A program made the translations under genes and the position numbers. From contig CAVYSY010000031.1 in assembly GCA_963771175.1 (NCBI GenBank), positions 64,001 to 128,000 on the forward strand: 64,000 nt of DNA, in the 5' to 3' direction. The stretch's first letter is position 1. Each line of letters begins with the position of its first letter. Of this stretch, positions 10,701 through 21,458 are shown in pieces. This DNA is from an uncultured delta proteobacterium (GTDB taxonomy: Bacteria; Myxococcota; Myxococcia; Myxococcales; Myxococcaceae). Below the pieces are notes generated by a model, which was not told the DNA's origin, did no database searches, and saw only the letters and a list, made by a program, of their open reading frames with translations.

Positions 10701-11453
10701 GCGCGCGAGCTGCCCAGCGCGGACCGCGTGGCCAACGTGCTGGTGGTGGAGCCGGACGGCAAGAGCCCCTTCCTCACCACGCCCGAGGCAACCGCCGAGG
10801 ACAACGCCACGCGCCTCACCATGGAGGTGGCGCTGCGGCCGGACGGCGGCGCCGACGTGACGGGCGCCTCCACGGTGGGCGGGCAGATGGCGCCCCGAGT
10901 ACCGCCGGCCTACCGCGCGGTGGCCACGCGCAAGTCCACCTTCGAGCGCTCCTGGGCCCAGAGCTTCCCCGGCCTCACCGTGCATGACGTGAAGCTCAAC
11001 GACACCACCCGCCTGGACGACGACGTGCAGGTGGACTTCCGGATGTCGATTCCCCGCTACGCCGAGGCCGCGCCGGGCCAGCTGCGCTTCCTCCCCTTCG
11101 GCACCGGCCGCTCCTACACCCAGTCCTACGCCTCGCTCGCCGAGCGCCGCTTCGACCTGGTGATGAATGGCCCGTGGGTGAACCAGTTCACCTACCGCTA
11201 CACGCTGCCGCGGGGCTACAGCGTGGCCGAGCTGCCGCCCAACAAGGAGGAGTCGACGCCCTTCGGCCGGGTGCGGCTCGCCTACCGCCAGGAGGGCAAC
11301 CAGCTCATCTGCGAGGGCGAGGTGGCGCTCACCGCCGCCCGCGTGAAGGCGGACGACTACGCGGCCTTCCGCGCCTTCCTCGGCCGGGTGGACCAGGGCT
11401 TCTCGCGCAAGGTGACCCTGCGCGGACCCGCCTCGCCCACTGCCGGGCGCTGA
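7767..11453 (+). CDS. secreted TPR / DUF3857 / transglutaminase-like protein
   Basis: Signal peptide, TPR-like helices, GDVLELQY, RYVALEFG, GDCKDKA (Cys), FNHAI (His), YLDGT (Asp). Confidence 0.85.
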   Translation: MSRTPRLAALSRTTWLVALLTLACPLLTRAATESSATAAREQAEEALKLASSPRGAAQLIRLHAFKEDLEDLTPLVRVYSDVSTRRSSDPHTRATASLLLLDLERARGRLNRAAEVQDALGFIGDYYVVGGFDNEGKSGCDTNFGPEAAALDLSATYAGAKGREVSWRKLSVSPVDGYVDLGAALRPNREAVAYALTWLEAPAETRVALGVGTSGAFRLWVNGEKVATSDNYNAPRPDQSRVSVRLRKGLNRVLVKVCQESGPLGFYLRRDPPARIRATLPSPLPALTKGPSAAPQALPTLTSALKDAVAKAPEDAKLRGEYATVLDFFRAYDEREHTATVEADRAARAAPQDVKLQLLAAEAHRDDLNLRRRFLEAAVRADPASIPARVALAEHELSRDHPERAVELLKPAVELAPDSAAARLALARAYEALGQVSRAHVMVDETLQRLPRVPRVVRAAASSARVMDRSQDAVARLRVALALRHDDRSSRAVLAMLLADLGQVEAAAREYAQLLTLDPFDNATRVKLAELRAANGQPDAATALFAEARALSPDEPEVYEREGRALLAAGRREEALASFERSLALRPQNPSLKEAVRTLKGESASAGTQYFADAKAVASEAEGYTNEDAVYLVDTTYVRVQKSGLSSRLHQFAVKVLNARGVEAFRSHPITYSPDRQEVKMLRARITKADGSVVEGYGESDRNINEPWTGMYYDARAKVLSFPALAAGDVLELQYRVDDTAQENLLSDYWGDVESVQGVYPKVRYQFLVDMPKERPLYWNEKKLPGVAHAREDVDGGRVLYRWSAKHVAKVVPEPGMPGWAEVAANLHVSTYRTWDEVGRYWWGLVRDQLTPNEELRSTVDTVLQGVDRKDQQAVVRAIYNFVVTNTRYVALEFGIHGYKPYRVDRVLSRRFGDCKDKASLIHAMLKVAGVDSRLVLLRMRNLGSIGEEPASLAAFNHAIVYVPQFDLYLDGTAEFHGARELPSADRVANVLVVEPDGKSPFLTTPEATAEDNATRLTMEVALRPDGGADVTGASTVGGQMAPRVPPAYRAVATRKSTFERSWAQSFPGLTVHDVKLNDTTRLDDDVQVDFRMSIPRYAEAAPGQLRFLPFGTGRSYTQSYASLAERRFDLVMNGPWVNQFTYRYTLPRGYSVAELPPNKEESTPFGRVRLAYRQEGNQLICEGEVALTAARVKADDYAAFRAFLGRVDQGFSRKVTLRGPASPTAGR

Positions 11454-11593
11454 CCGGGAGGGCTCCGGCCCCCCGGGAATTCACGGACTATCCCTGTTAT
11501 ACAACGGCGTGTGACTTCCGGCCGTGGGAGACAAACCGCCGGGACTCATCGCCTCCGAGGAAGCACTCGGAGACCACAGGGGTCCTATCCGTG

Positions 11594-13253
11594 ATGACGA
11601 TGCGCTGGAAGGTGGTGCTATTCGCGGTAGTGGCCATCGGCCTCGTCTTCGGGATGGGCGTGGAGCTGTTCCTGGGCACCCAGCGGGGCATGCGCTGCCC
11701 GCCAGCATCTGAGCCTCATCCAGGACCAGATCGACCTCTATGGCCGGATGCGCAACAGCGCCTGGCCCTTCCTGGATGCCCTGAGACTCGCCCAGCGGGA
11801 GGGAGGCAACATCACCCGCATCCTGCATGAGCAGGACACGCGCATGGACCAGGACTTCTCGCGGCTCGAGGAGCTCGAGAACCAGGTGCTGCTGCTGGTG
11901 CCGGCGGCGGACAGGCTGGAGCAGGAGGACCGAAGCCACGAGCGGCTCGCCCGGCTCCATGACGCCCAGCACCGCTGGGTGAGGCGGGCGGAGGCGCTCG
12001 CGCGCTCGGTGGAGGAAGGGCGCCAGGTCTCTCCCGCGGCCTGGTGGGACCTGTTCCAGGACTTCGAGCGGGAGCTGGGCCAGAGCACCGACGCCGCCAT
12101 CACGGCCCAGCGCGAGGAGATGGAGCGGCTGCGGCTCTTGTGGGATGCGCGCGCGCGGCATGGCCAGCGCCTGGCGAAGCTCATCCCCGCCCTGGCGCTC
12201 GTGCTCGTGGTGGGGCTCGCCCTCGCCATCCTCGAACCGATGCAGCGCTCCCTGCGCGAGCTGCGCGCGGGCGTGGAGCGCATCGGGCAAGGGGACTTCG
12301 AGCGCGCGCTGCCCGCCCAGGGCCAGGACGAACTCGCCTCGCTGGCGCGCGCCTTCAACGGGATGGCCGTCGAGCTGCGCGACCTGATGCGCGAGAAGCA
12401 GCGCTACAACACCCTGTTGGAGGAGACGGTGCGCACGCGCACCACCGAGCTGGCCTCCGCCAACGCCCGGCTGGAGGAGAGCCTCCAGCAGCTCCAGGCG
12501 ACCCAGGACCAGCTCCTCTTCGCGGATCGCCTCGCCACCCTTGGGCGGCTCGCGGCGGGCGTGGGCCATGAAATCAACAACCCGCTCGCGTACGTCCTGA
12601 GCAACCTCCGCTACATCCAGGACGAGCTGAGCCGGATGGAGGGCGCGCCTTCCGAGGACGAGCGGCGGGAGCTGCTCTCGGCCATCGCCGAGTCCCATGA
12701 GGGCGCCGAGCGGGTCCGCCTCATCGCGCAGGACCTCAAGGTGCTCTCACGCCCGGATGGCGTGGCCCACGGTCTGGTGGAGCTGGGCACGGTGGTGCAC
12801 AGCGCCGCCAAGATGGCCGCCCACGAAATCCGTCACCGCGCGCGCTTCGTCGAGGACTGCGCGGGCGCGCCGCCGGTGCGCGGCAACGGCTCTCGGCTGA
12901 TCCAGGTGCTCCTCAACCTGCTCATCAACGCCGCGCATGCCATCGAGCCGGGCCGGGTGGAGGCGAATGAGATCCGCGTGGTGGCGAGGGAGAGCGCTCC
13001 CGGCCGCGTCACGGTGGAGGTGAGCGACACCGGAAGCGGCATCCCTCCGGAGGTCCTCCCGCGCATCTTCGAGCCGTTCTTCACCACCAAGGCGGTCGGC
13101 GTGGGAACGGGGCTGGGGCTGCCGGTGTGCCAGGGCATCATCACCTCGCTCGGAGGAGAGCTCACCGTCGAGAGCACGCCGGGCCAGGGGACCACCTTCC
13201 GCATCACCCTGCCCGTCGCCGAGGACGCCGCGTCCCAGGACCAGGCGGCCTGA
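11594..13253 (+). CDS. membrane sensor histidine kinase (HAMP-HisKA-HATPase; frameshift near 11700)
   Basis: N-terminal TM; DELASLARAFN HAMP; GVGHEINNPL H-box; NAAHA, DTGSGI, FFTTK, GTGLGL boxes. Confidence 0.9.
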
Positions 13254-13265
13254 GCGGCGAACACC

Positions 13266-15437
13266 CTAGCCCGACAGCAGCGCGGCGAGCAGCTCGCGCA
13301 CCTCGGAGGGGCCCTGCACCCGGTAGCCGGCGCGCGAGTCCTTGCCTCCCGCGTGGATGGCGAGGCCGTCCTGAGGCAGCGCCTTGAAGAGGTCCTCGTC
13401 GGTGCGGTCATCGCCGATGGCCACCACCAGCGTACCGGGAACCATCCCTTGGGTGACGACGCCCACCACGCGGCCCTTGTCCACCCCCCGCGCACGCACC
13501 TCCACCACCATGTCGCCGGGCAGCACCTCCAGCGGGCCCTGCGCGAACACCTCCCCCAGGTGCAGGCGCAGCTCGCGCGCCTGCCGCGCGCCGAACACCC
13601 GGTCCACCTGCCGGTAGTGCCACGCGAGCGACGCCGACTTCTCCTCCACGAAGGCGCCGGGCACGCGGGCGGCGAAGGACTCCAGCACGGGACGCACCAG
13701 GGCCTTCCAGTCCGTGTTGATCCCCTCCAACGACTTCCAGGGCTCGCCCGGCATGGGGCGGGACCAGAGCCCGTGCTCGGCGTGCAGGCCCACCGGCAGA
13801 CCGCCGAACCACGCCTCCAGCGTCTCCCGCGTCCGCCCGCTGACGATGTGCACCCGGGTGTTGGGCCGCGTGGCGAGCCGCTGCATCAGGTCCAGCAGCT
13901 CCGCGTCCGGCGTGGCCAGCTCCGGCTTCGGAGCGAAGGGCACGAGCGTGCCGTCGTAGTCGATGAGGAGCAGCAGATGCTCGGCCTGCCGCATGCGTTC
14001 GAGCGCCGCCTCCACGCCGGCCGGCTCCACGCGCGGAGGAGGAGTGGGCGCGGCCTCGAGCGCGTCCAGGAACGCGCGAACCCACCAGTGCACGTCGTAC
14101 TCCTTCACCCGGGCCCGCAGGCTGCGCATGCGCGTGCGCCGCTCCTCCTGCGGCATCTCCAGCGCGGCCTCCAGCGCGTCCGCCATGCCCTCCACGTCGT
14201 ACGGGTTCACCATCACCGCGTCACCCAGCTCGTCCGCCGCGCCGGCGAACTCGCTGAGCACCAGCACGCCGTCATCATCCGGGCGCGCCGCGCAGAACTC
14301 CTTGGCCACCAGGTTCATCCCATCTCGGATGGGGGTGACGAGCATCACGTCCGCGGCGCGGTAGAGGGCCACGAGCTGCCGCTCGTTGAAGGAGCGGTAG
14401 AGGTAGTGGACGGGGACCTGGTGGACGCTGCCATAGACGCCGTTGATGCGGCCCACCAGCTCGTTCACCTTGTCGCGGTAGGCGGCGTAGTCCTCCACCC
14501 CCGTCCGGCTGGGCACGGCCACCTGGACGAAGCGCAGCCGGCCCCGCCACTCGGGCTCGCGCTCCAGTAGCCGCTGCACCGCCAGCAACCTCCGGGGAAT
14601 CCCCTTGGTGTAGTCCAGCCGGTCCACGCCCAGCAGCAGCCGCTGGCCCGCGCTCTTCTCGCGGTGCTGGCGCACGTCCTCGAGCACCGTCGGCTCGTTG
14701 GCGAGGTTCTCGAAGGACTGGGCGTCGATGCCCATGGGGAAGCCACCCAGCCGCACCTCGCGCCCGTCGTAGGCCACGCGATCCACCACCGTCTCCAGCC
14801 CCAGCAGCCGCATGAGGGTGCTGGCGAAGTGGCGCACGTACGTGAGCGTGTGGAAGCCGATGAGGTCCGCGCCCAGCAGGCCCCGCACCAGCTCGCCGCG
14901 GTGCGGGAGGGCGCGGAAGATTTCACTCGACGGGAAGGGGATGTGGTGGAAGTAGCCGATGCGCGCCTGGGGCAGCCGCGCGCGCAGGAAGGCCGGCACC
15001 AGCATGAGCTGGTAGTCGTGGACCCAGATGGTGTCCCCGGGCTGGTAGTGGCTCACCACCAGGTCGGCGAAGCGCTCGTTCACCTTGCGGTAGACGTCCC
15101 AGTCGCGGTCCTGCCGGGGAATGCGGTCGATGAGGTAGTGGCAGAGCGGCCAGAGCACCCGGTTGGAGTAGCCCTCGTAGTAGCGGCTGACCTCGCTGGC
15201 GCTCAGGTGGATGGGCACGCAGCGCAGCTCGGCGAGCTGGGTGTTCACGGAGGCGCGCTGCGCCTCGGTGAGGCGCGAGACATCCCCCGGCCACCCTATC
15301 CACAACCCCCCCGAGCGCTCGTGAGGGCCGCGCAGGCCCGTGGCGAGCCCTCCGGCGCTGCGGACCACGGAAACCCCATCCTTGTCCGCCTTGACGGTGA
15401 CGGGGAGTCGATTGGAAACGAGCAGGAGTCGGGACAT
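13266..15437 (-). CDS. otsA: bifunctional trehalose-6-phosphate synthase/phosphatase (OtsA-OtsB fusion)
   Basis: [40 protein letters not shown] motifs DYDGTL and GDDRTDED. Confidence 0.95.
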   Translation of the reverse strand: MSRLLLVSNRLPVTVKADKDGVSVVRSAGGLATGLRGPHERSGGLWIGWPGDVSRLTEAQRASVNTQLAELRCVPIHLSASEVSRYYEGYSNRVLWPLCHYLIDRIPRQDRDWDVYRKVNERFADLVVSHYQPGDTIWVHDYQLMLVPAFLRARLPQARIGYFHHIPFPSSEIFRALPHRGELVRGLLGADLIGFHTLTYVRHFASTLMRLLGLETVVDRVAYDGREVRLGGFPMGIDAQSFENLANEPTVLEDVRQHREKSAGQRLLLGVDRLDYTKGIPRRLLAVQRLLEREPEWRGRLRFVQVAVPSRTGVEDYAAYRDKVNELVGRINGVYGSVHQVPVHYLYRSFNERQLVALYRAADVMLVTPIRDGMNLVAKEFCAARPDDDGVLVLSEFAGAADELGDAVMVNPYDVEGMADALEAALEMPQEERRTRMRSLRARVKEYDVHWWVRAFLDALEAAPTPPPRVEPAGVEAALERMRQAEHLLLLIDYDGTLVPFAPKPELATPDAELLDLMQRLATRPNTRVHIVSGRTRETLEAWFGGLPVGLHAEHGLWSRPMPGEPWKSLEGINTDWKALVRPVLESFAARVPGAFVEEKSASLAWHYRQVDRVFGARQARELRLHLGEVFAQGPLEVLPGDMVVEVRARGVDKGRVVGVVTQGMVPGTLVVAIGDDRTDEDLFKALPQDGLAIHAGGKDSRAGYRVQGPSEVRELLAALLSG

Positions 15438-15450
15438 ACGTCCCAGACCC

Positions 15451-16596
15451 TTACTCAGTCGTGCTGGGGATGGCCACCCTGGAAGTGGGGGAGGTGCCGA
15501 CTGGAGAACCTTCACCCGCGCCGCGCGTCCACCCGAGTCGTTTCAGCAGCGCCGGCTCCCGGCTCGGCTTCCAGATGAAGGCGTCCAGCAGGTAGTGCGT
15601 GGCTTGGGGCAGCGCGAGCAGCGGCACCACGAGGGCCATGAGGTCCACGGGCAGCACCAGCCCGCTGTCGCCGAAGAGTCCGGGGCGCTCGTGCCAGACG
15701 AGCCAGTCCCAGAGCAGCTCCTCCGCGAAGGCGAGCGCGACCAGCACCCCCAGGAAGCCGGGCACTCCCGCGCGCACCACGGGCCCGAGCCAGCCATAGC
15801 CGCCCTCGGCGAGCCGGCCCCGCGCGTAGCGGAAGAGGAGCGCGAAGTAGGGCACGCCGTGCAGGACGACATTGGTCACCGTGAAGGTGAAGTCGTCCTG
15901 GGCGAGCACGATGCCCCCGAACCACGTCACCCAGGTGGCGAGGACGAGCAGCACCTTGCCCACCTGGAGGCCCTCGCCCCGCACGAGGCGAGAGACCTGG
16001 AAACCACCCCACGCGACGAGCACGAGCCCGTGGGCAACGAGGGCCCCGGTCCCCACCCAGTGAGGCAGCCCGGAGACGAAGTCGTTCTCCACGAACCACC
16101 AGAAGGCACGGGGGAGATTCGCATGCCACCAGAGGACGGGCCCGAGGGTGGCGGCGTAGATGGCCGCCGCATCGAGGCGGCGCTCGGTGTCGGAGACACG
16201 GGCCTTGCGGCCATAGAGAGCCATCCAGCCGTACTGCTGACGGATGAAGTGGAAGAGCGCGGCGTACGCGAAGAGGCGCCAGAAGGCCCCGGGGGCGACG
16301 AGGTACGCGAGGACACCCAGCAGGTACGCGACGAGCGGCGCGGCGAGGTAGAGGCCGGGACGGCGGCGCAACTCCTCCCCGTCGAAGTAGGTCCGGTAGA
16401 GGGTGGACCAGACGTGGGCCACGTCGACACAGACGACGAGCAGCACCCAGGCCCACAGGGGCGTGTCCCCCCCGGCCCCCAGCGCGGGCGCGGCGAGCGC
16501 GAGCCCCACCGAGACGAGCGCGCTGCCCGCGAAGACGGTGAGGTCCACACCTCGGCCGAAGAGCCAGGCCTGGGAAGGGGCGAGGAGACGAGACAT
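15451..16596 (-). CDS. multi-pass membrane protein, His-containing, function unknown
   Basis: Many TM segments; DVAHVWSTLYRTY, HFIRQQYG, HGVPY, THYLLDAFIWK. Confidence 0.75.
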   Translation of the reverse strand: MSRLLAPSQAWLFGRGVDLTVFAGSALVSVGLALAAPALGAGGDTPLWAWVLLVVCVDVAHVWSTLYRTYFDGEELRRRPGLYLAAPLVAYLLGVLAYLVAPGAFWRLFAYAALFHFIRQQYGWMALYGRKARVSDTERRLDAAAIYAATLGPVLWWHANLPRAFWWFVENDFVSGLPHWVGTGALVAHGLVLVAWGGFQVSRLVRGEGLQVGKVLLVLATWVTWFGGIVLAQDDFTFTVTNVVLHGVPYFALLFRYARGRLAEGGYGWLGPVVRAGVPGFLGVLVALAFAEELLWDWLVWHERPGLFGDSGLVLPVDLMALVVPLLALPQATHYLLDAFIWKPSREPALLKRLGWTRGAGEGSPVGTSPTSRVAIPSTTE

Positions 16597-16730
16597 CCTC
16601 CCCGGAGGCTACCAGCCCCGGACGTCGGGTGGAGGGCTGGTGAGCATGCTCCCGCGACAAGCAGGGGAGCGAACGCCCCCGGGCATTACATCGTTCCCCC
16701 ATGCGCCTCCAACCCTATGTTTGGAGAGCC

Positions 16731-17213
16731 ATGCCCACTGCCTCGTCCATCAGCATCGATGACTCACTGTGGCCCCTCCGGGTGGTGAGGTTCGTGGGGG
16801 TCGCCACACCCGAGCAGTTCGACCATTTCCTGGAGGAGGCGGCCGAGGGCCTGCGACAAGGGGAGAGGTTGGTCAGCATCCTCGACATCACCCGGGGCGG
16901 CGTCCCCACCCCCGAGTTGCGCCAGCGGCAGACCGAATGGCTCCGGGAGTACGACGCCCTCTTGCGTGAGTTCCAGCTCGGGGTGGCGTTCGTCATCACC
17001 TCGCCCCTCATCCGGCTGGCCCTGAGCGCCATCTTCTATTTCAGGCCGATGCCCGTCCCCTATGTCGTCACCGCCCAGATGTCGGATGCGGTGCTCTGGG
17101 CCATCTCGCACTTCGAGAAGCAGGGGCTCGTCCGGGAGGCCGAGCGCCTCCGACGCAACTTCGGACTGACGACGGCCCTGCCCGTCGACCAGGACCAGGC
17201 GCACCACGTCTGA
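16731..17213 (+). CDS. STAS/SEC14-like hypothetical protein
   Basis: DDSLWPLRVVRF...GVAFVITSPLIR...PVPYVV pattern typical of this myxobacterial family; GGAG RBS. Confidence 0.65.
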   Translation: MPTASSISIDDSLWPLRVVRFVGVATPEQFDHFLEEAAEGLRQGERLVSILDITRGGVPTPELRQRQTEWLREYDALLREFQLGVAFVITSPLIRLALSAIFYFRPMPVPYVVTAQMSDAVLWAISHFEKQGLVREAERLRRNFGLTTALPVDQDQAHHV

Positions 17214-17265
17214 GGCCACCAGGAGGATGCCCTCCGCACCGGCGGCGGGTAGAACCTCCTCGCCG

Positions 17266-18486
17266 ATGCCTCCCGACCTGCCCCTGCCTCCCGCACGCTT
17301 CCGCCGCCGGCTCCTCGCCGTGATGCTCGTCACGGGACTGGTGCCCCTCGTGCTGCTCGGCTTCATCGCCCGGCAGGCCCTCCAGGAGCTGCTCTCCATC
17401 TCCCTCGCGCCCGTGGAGCAGGTGCTCGACGACGTCTCCACCGAACTCGCCCGCGAGGGCCGAGCCCCGGCCGCGCTCGACGAGGCCCGGCTCAACCTCG
17501 CCCAGGCGGAGCTCGTCAGGCGCGCGCTCGTGCGCCGCACGCCCCTGCTCATCGCCGCCTTGTTGCTCATCTCGGCCGCCGTGCTCACCGCGGCCGCCGT
17601 GCTGCTCGGGCGCACCCTCACCCGCCCCGTCTCTACTCTCACCCAGGGCATGTGGGCCTATGCCCGGGGAGACCTCTCCGTGCAGCTTCCCGCCCCCGAC
17701 GCCCCCCGCGACGAGCTGCAGTTCCTCCTCGTCCAGTTCAACCGCATGGGCCGAGAGCTCGCCGCCCAGCGCGAGCACCTCAAGGCAGCCGAGCAGATAG
17801 CGGCATGGCAGGACGTGGCCCGCGCGCTCGCCCACGAGCTGAGGAATCCCCTCACCGCCATGAAGCTCGCGCTGGCGCGGCTGTCGCGCCCGGATGCGCC
17901 GCCGGATGCCACCCGCCTCGCCGAGTCCGTGGCCCTCCTGCAGGAGGAGGTGGAGCTGCTCATGCGCATGACCCGGAGCTTCTCCGACTTCGCCCGCCTG
18001 CCCGCGCCGCGCTTCCAGAGCGTCGCCCTGCGCCCCCTGCTCACCGAGGTATGCGCCCTCTACCAGGGCACCTCTCCCGTCCCCGTGGAGCTGCAGCCCG
18101 GCCCCGAGCCCTCCCTCTCCGCCGACCCCGATGGCCTGCGCCGGCTCTTCGGAAACCTCCTCAAGAACGCCACCGAGGCCTCCCTGCCCGGCGCCGCCCC
18201 CGTGCGCATCTCCGTCGAGGCACTCCCCTCCTCCATCCGCGTCGCCATCCGCGACGGAGGCAGCGGCATCCCCGGCGTGCTCGAGGGCCCCGCCCTCACC
18301 CGAGGCCTCTTCAGCACCAAGCCGGGCGGCAGCGGGCTGGGACTGCCCATCGCCCAGAAAATCACCCACGAGCACGGCGGCGCCCTGCGCCTGGAGCCCG
18401 CGCCCGGCGGCGGCACGCTCGCGCTGGTGGAACTGCCCCTCCATCCACCGTCGCCGCGGAAGGTCGACCATGAAGGGGCGCCATGA
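17266..18486 (+). CDS. NtrY-like sensor histidine kinase (alternative start 17227)
   Basis: Two TMs, HAMP, AWQDVARALAHELRNPL, NLLKNA, GSGLGL. Confidence 0.9.
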   Translation: MPPDLPLPPARFRRRLLAVMLVTGLVPLVLLGFIARQALQELLSISLAPVEQVLDDVSTELAREGRAPAALDEARLNLAQAELVRRALVRRTPLLIAALLLISAAVLTAAAVLLGRTLTRPVSTLTQGMWAYARGDLSVQLPAPDAPRDELQFLLVQFNRMGRELAAQREHLKAAEQIAAWQDVARALAHELRNPLTAMKLALARLSRPDAPPDATRLAESVALLQEEVELLMRMTRSFSDFARLPAPRFQSVALRPLLTEVCALYQGTSPVPVELQPGPEPSLSADPDGLRRLFGNLLKNATEASLPGAAPVRISVEALPSSIRVAIRDGGSGIPGVLEGPALTRGLFSTKPGGSGLGLPIAQKITHEHGGALRLEPAPGGGTLALVELPLHPPSPRKVDHEGAP

Positions 18487-18656
18487 CGCCGTCCAGAGAC
18501 GGACAGCGGGAAGATTAGCGAAGCAGGATCTGATTCCGAGCTGGGGAGCCGAACGCGCGCCAGTTCCGTATGGATGCGATACCCGGACCTCGGGGAGAAG
18601 TACCTGCCGCTCCTCATCACTTGCGATGCTCACATCGTCCGCCTAGCTTCGGACAC

Positions 18657-19343
18657 GTGAAAAGCGCGAATTACGATTTAGCCCTGGGGGCAGTGGCCCT
18701 CTTGGGGGTGCTCGTATCGGGCTGTGCATCGGGACCGGCTACTCTGGGTCCGACCGACGACACGAGCACCTATGAGTCCGTGAGGACGAGCAACGACACC
18801 TTTTCTCCCGCAGTCGAAGAACTCGACCGGTACGTGCTCGTCATCCAGGAGTCCCCCAGCGGTCACGTCATGCATCGTTGGCGCCCCGTCGAGGAGTTTG
18901 ACCTTTCGCAATTCAGACTCCAGCCCCGCGCCGAGAGAACATACGGTCGCATCGTGCTCGCGGCTGCTCGCCAGCGAGATTGCCATGAGGAGTTCAACGA
19001 GTGCATTTCGAGTTGTGTGAAGCGGCCTCTCTCCGAGGACTATGCGCACATCACTTCGTATCGCGCCAAGGAGGAGCACTGTAGAAAGGGCTGCTGGCAG
19101 CCGTACCTTGACTGCGAAGAGTTGCAGGGGCATCGTCCTCAAGAGTTTTCAACCACGGCTCGCGCGGTCGATTGGCTGAAGCGCAATCGCAACGAGGTCC
19201 TGGTGGGAAGCATTGTCGTAGTTGCAGGAGTTGCATTCATCGTGGCCTTCCCCCCCGGGGCGCTCCTTGCCTTGATTCCAGCGGCAGCATTGGCTTCATC
19301 GGGAGCTGTCTGCGAGCCCTACATCGCAGCGGTGGCGCCGTGA
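18657..19343 (+). CDS. Cys-rich lipoprotein with C-terminal hydrophobic segment (putative toxin)
   Basis: Lipobox VSGC; Cys cluster; hydrophobic tail VLVGSIVVVAGVAFIVAFPPGALLALIPAAALA; lower GC. Confidence 0.65.
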   Translation: MKSANYDLALGAVALLGVLVSGCASGPATLGPTDDTSTYESVRTSNDTFSPAVEELDRYVLVIQESPSGHVMHRWRPVEEFDLSQFRLQPRAERTYGRIVLAAARQRDCHEEFNECISSCVKRPLSEDYAHITSYRAKEEHCRKGCWQPYLDCEELQGHRPQEFSTTARAVDWLKRNRNEVLVGSIVVVAGVAFIVAFPPGALLALIPAAALASSGAVCEPYIAAVAP

Positions 19344-19943
19344 CGATTTTCGACCAAATCCTCGAGGCGCAGGAACTTCTCGGGAAGAACCGAGAACATG
19401 CTCAGTCTCCCGAGGAGAAAGAGCTGTTCCTCCTCGCCATCGACGCGCTCTGGTTCATCTGGCGGAATGGCCAGTCATATGAGCTCGAGAGTTATCGCAA
19501 AGACGTCGAATCCAAGGCCCCCCCCAGAGTAGTCGCCTCCTTCAACACGCGGAACGAGGCGGAGGATTGGCTCAGGGCAAAACCCAAGCCACCCGATCTG
19601 GCCCTCGTGTTGATCGCTGACGAATACCACGTCGTCCTCTCTTCTCGCGAGGGTGACCGCCGTTCCCTTGTTCCAGACCCCGCTCTTGAACTCCATATCG
19701 AGGAGCTGACGAAAGACGGCCTCCCTCCTGCGGTGGCTACGTTCAATACGTCGTGACGAGGCGAACGCCTGGTTCAACAACCAGACCGAGCCGCCAGCCC
19801 AGACCGTCATTCAGATTGGTGGGGAGCACCATCTGGCGGTGTTCTACCGGAACATCAACCACCGTGCCCTATTCCCCTTCGCGATTGTCGAGAGGCTCCA
19901 TGCGCGACGGAGAAGGAGAGAGCAGGAAGGGTCGGGAGAATAG
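19340..19943 (+). CDS. partner protein with internal duplication (putative immunity; frameshift near 19751)
   Basis: GTGA overlap with upstream stop; repeats PPRVVASFNTRNEAEDWL and PPAVATFNT(R)DEANAWF. Confidence 0.65.
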
Positions 19944-20057
19944 AAGCAATGCGCTGGAGGCCATCCGCCGCAGCGAAGAGCACTTCCGGTCGGAGTGCGG
20001 CGGAGCGGAGTGAGACGTCCTTTCCGGGACGAAGCGATTGCGCGCTACGCTGGGCCC

Positions 20058-21453
<1,396 letters not shown>

Positions 21454-21458
21454 CTCCG

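Noticed and set aside
15089..15099. GGTAGACGTC within otsA as another palindrome copy
   Set aside because: Only a partial match, explained by Asp-Val-Tyr codons on the minus strand
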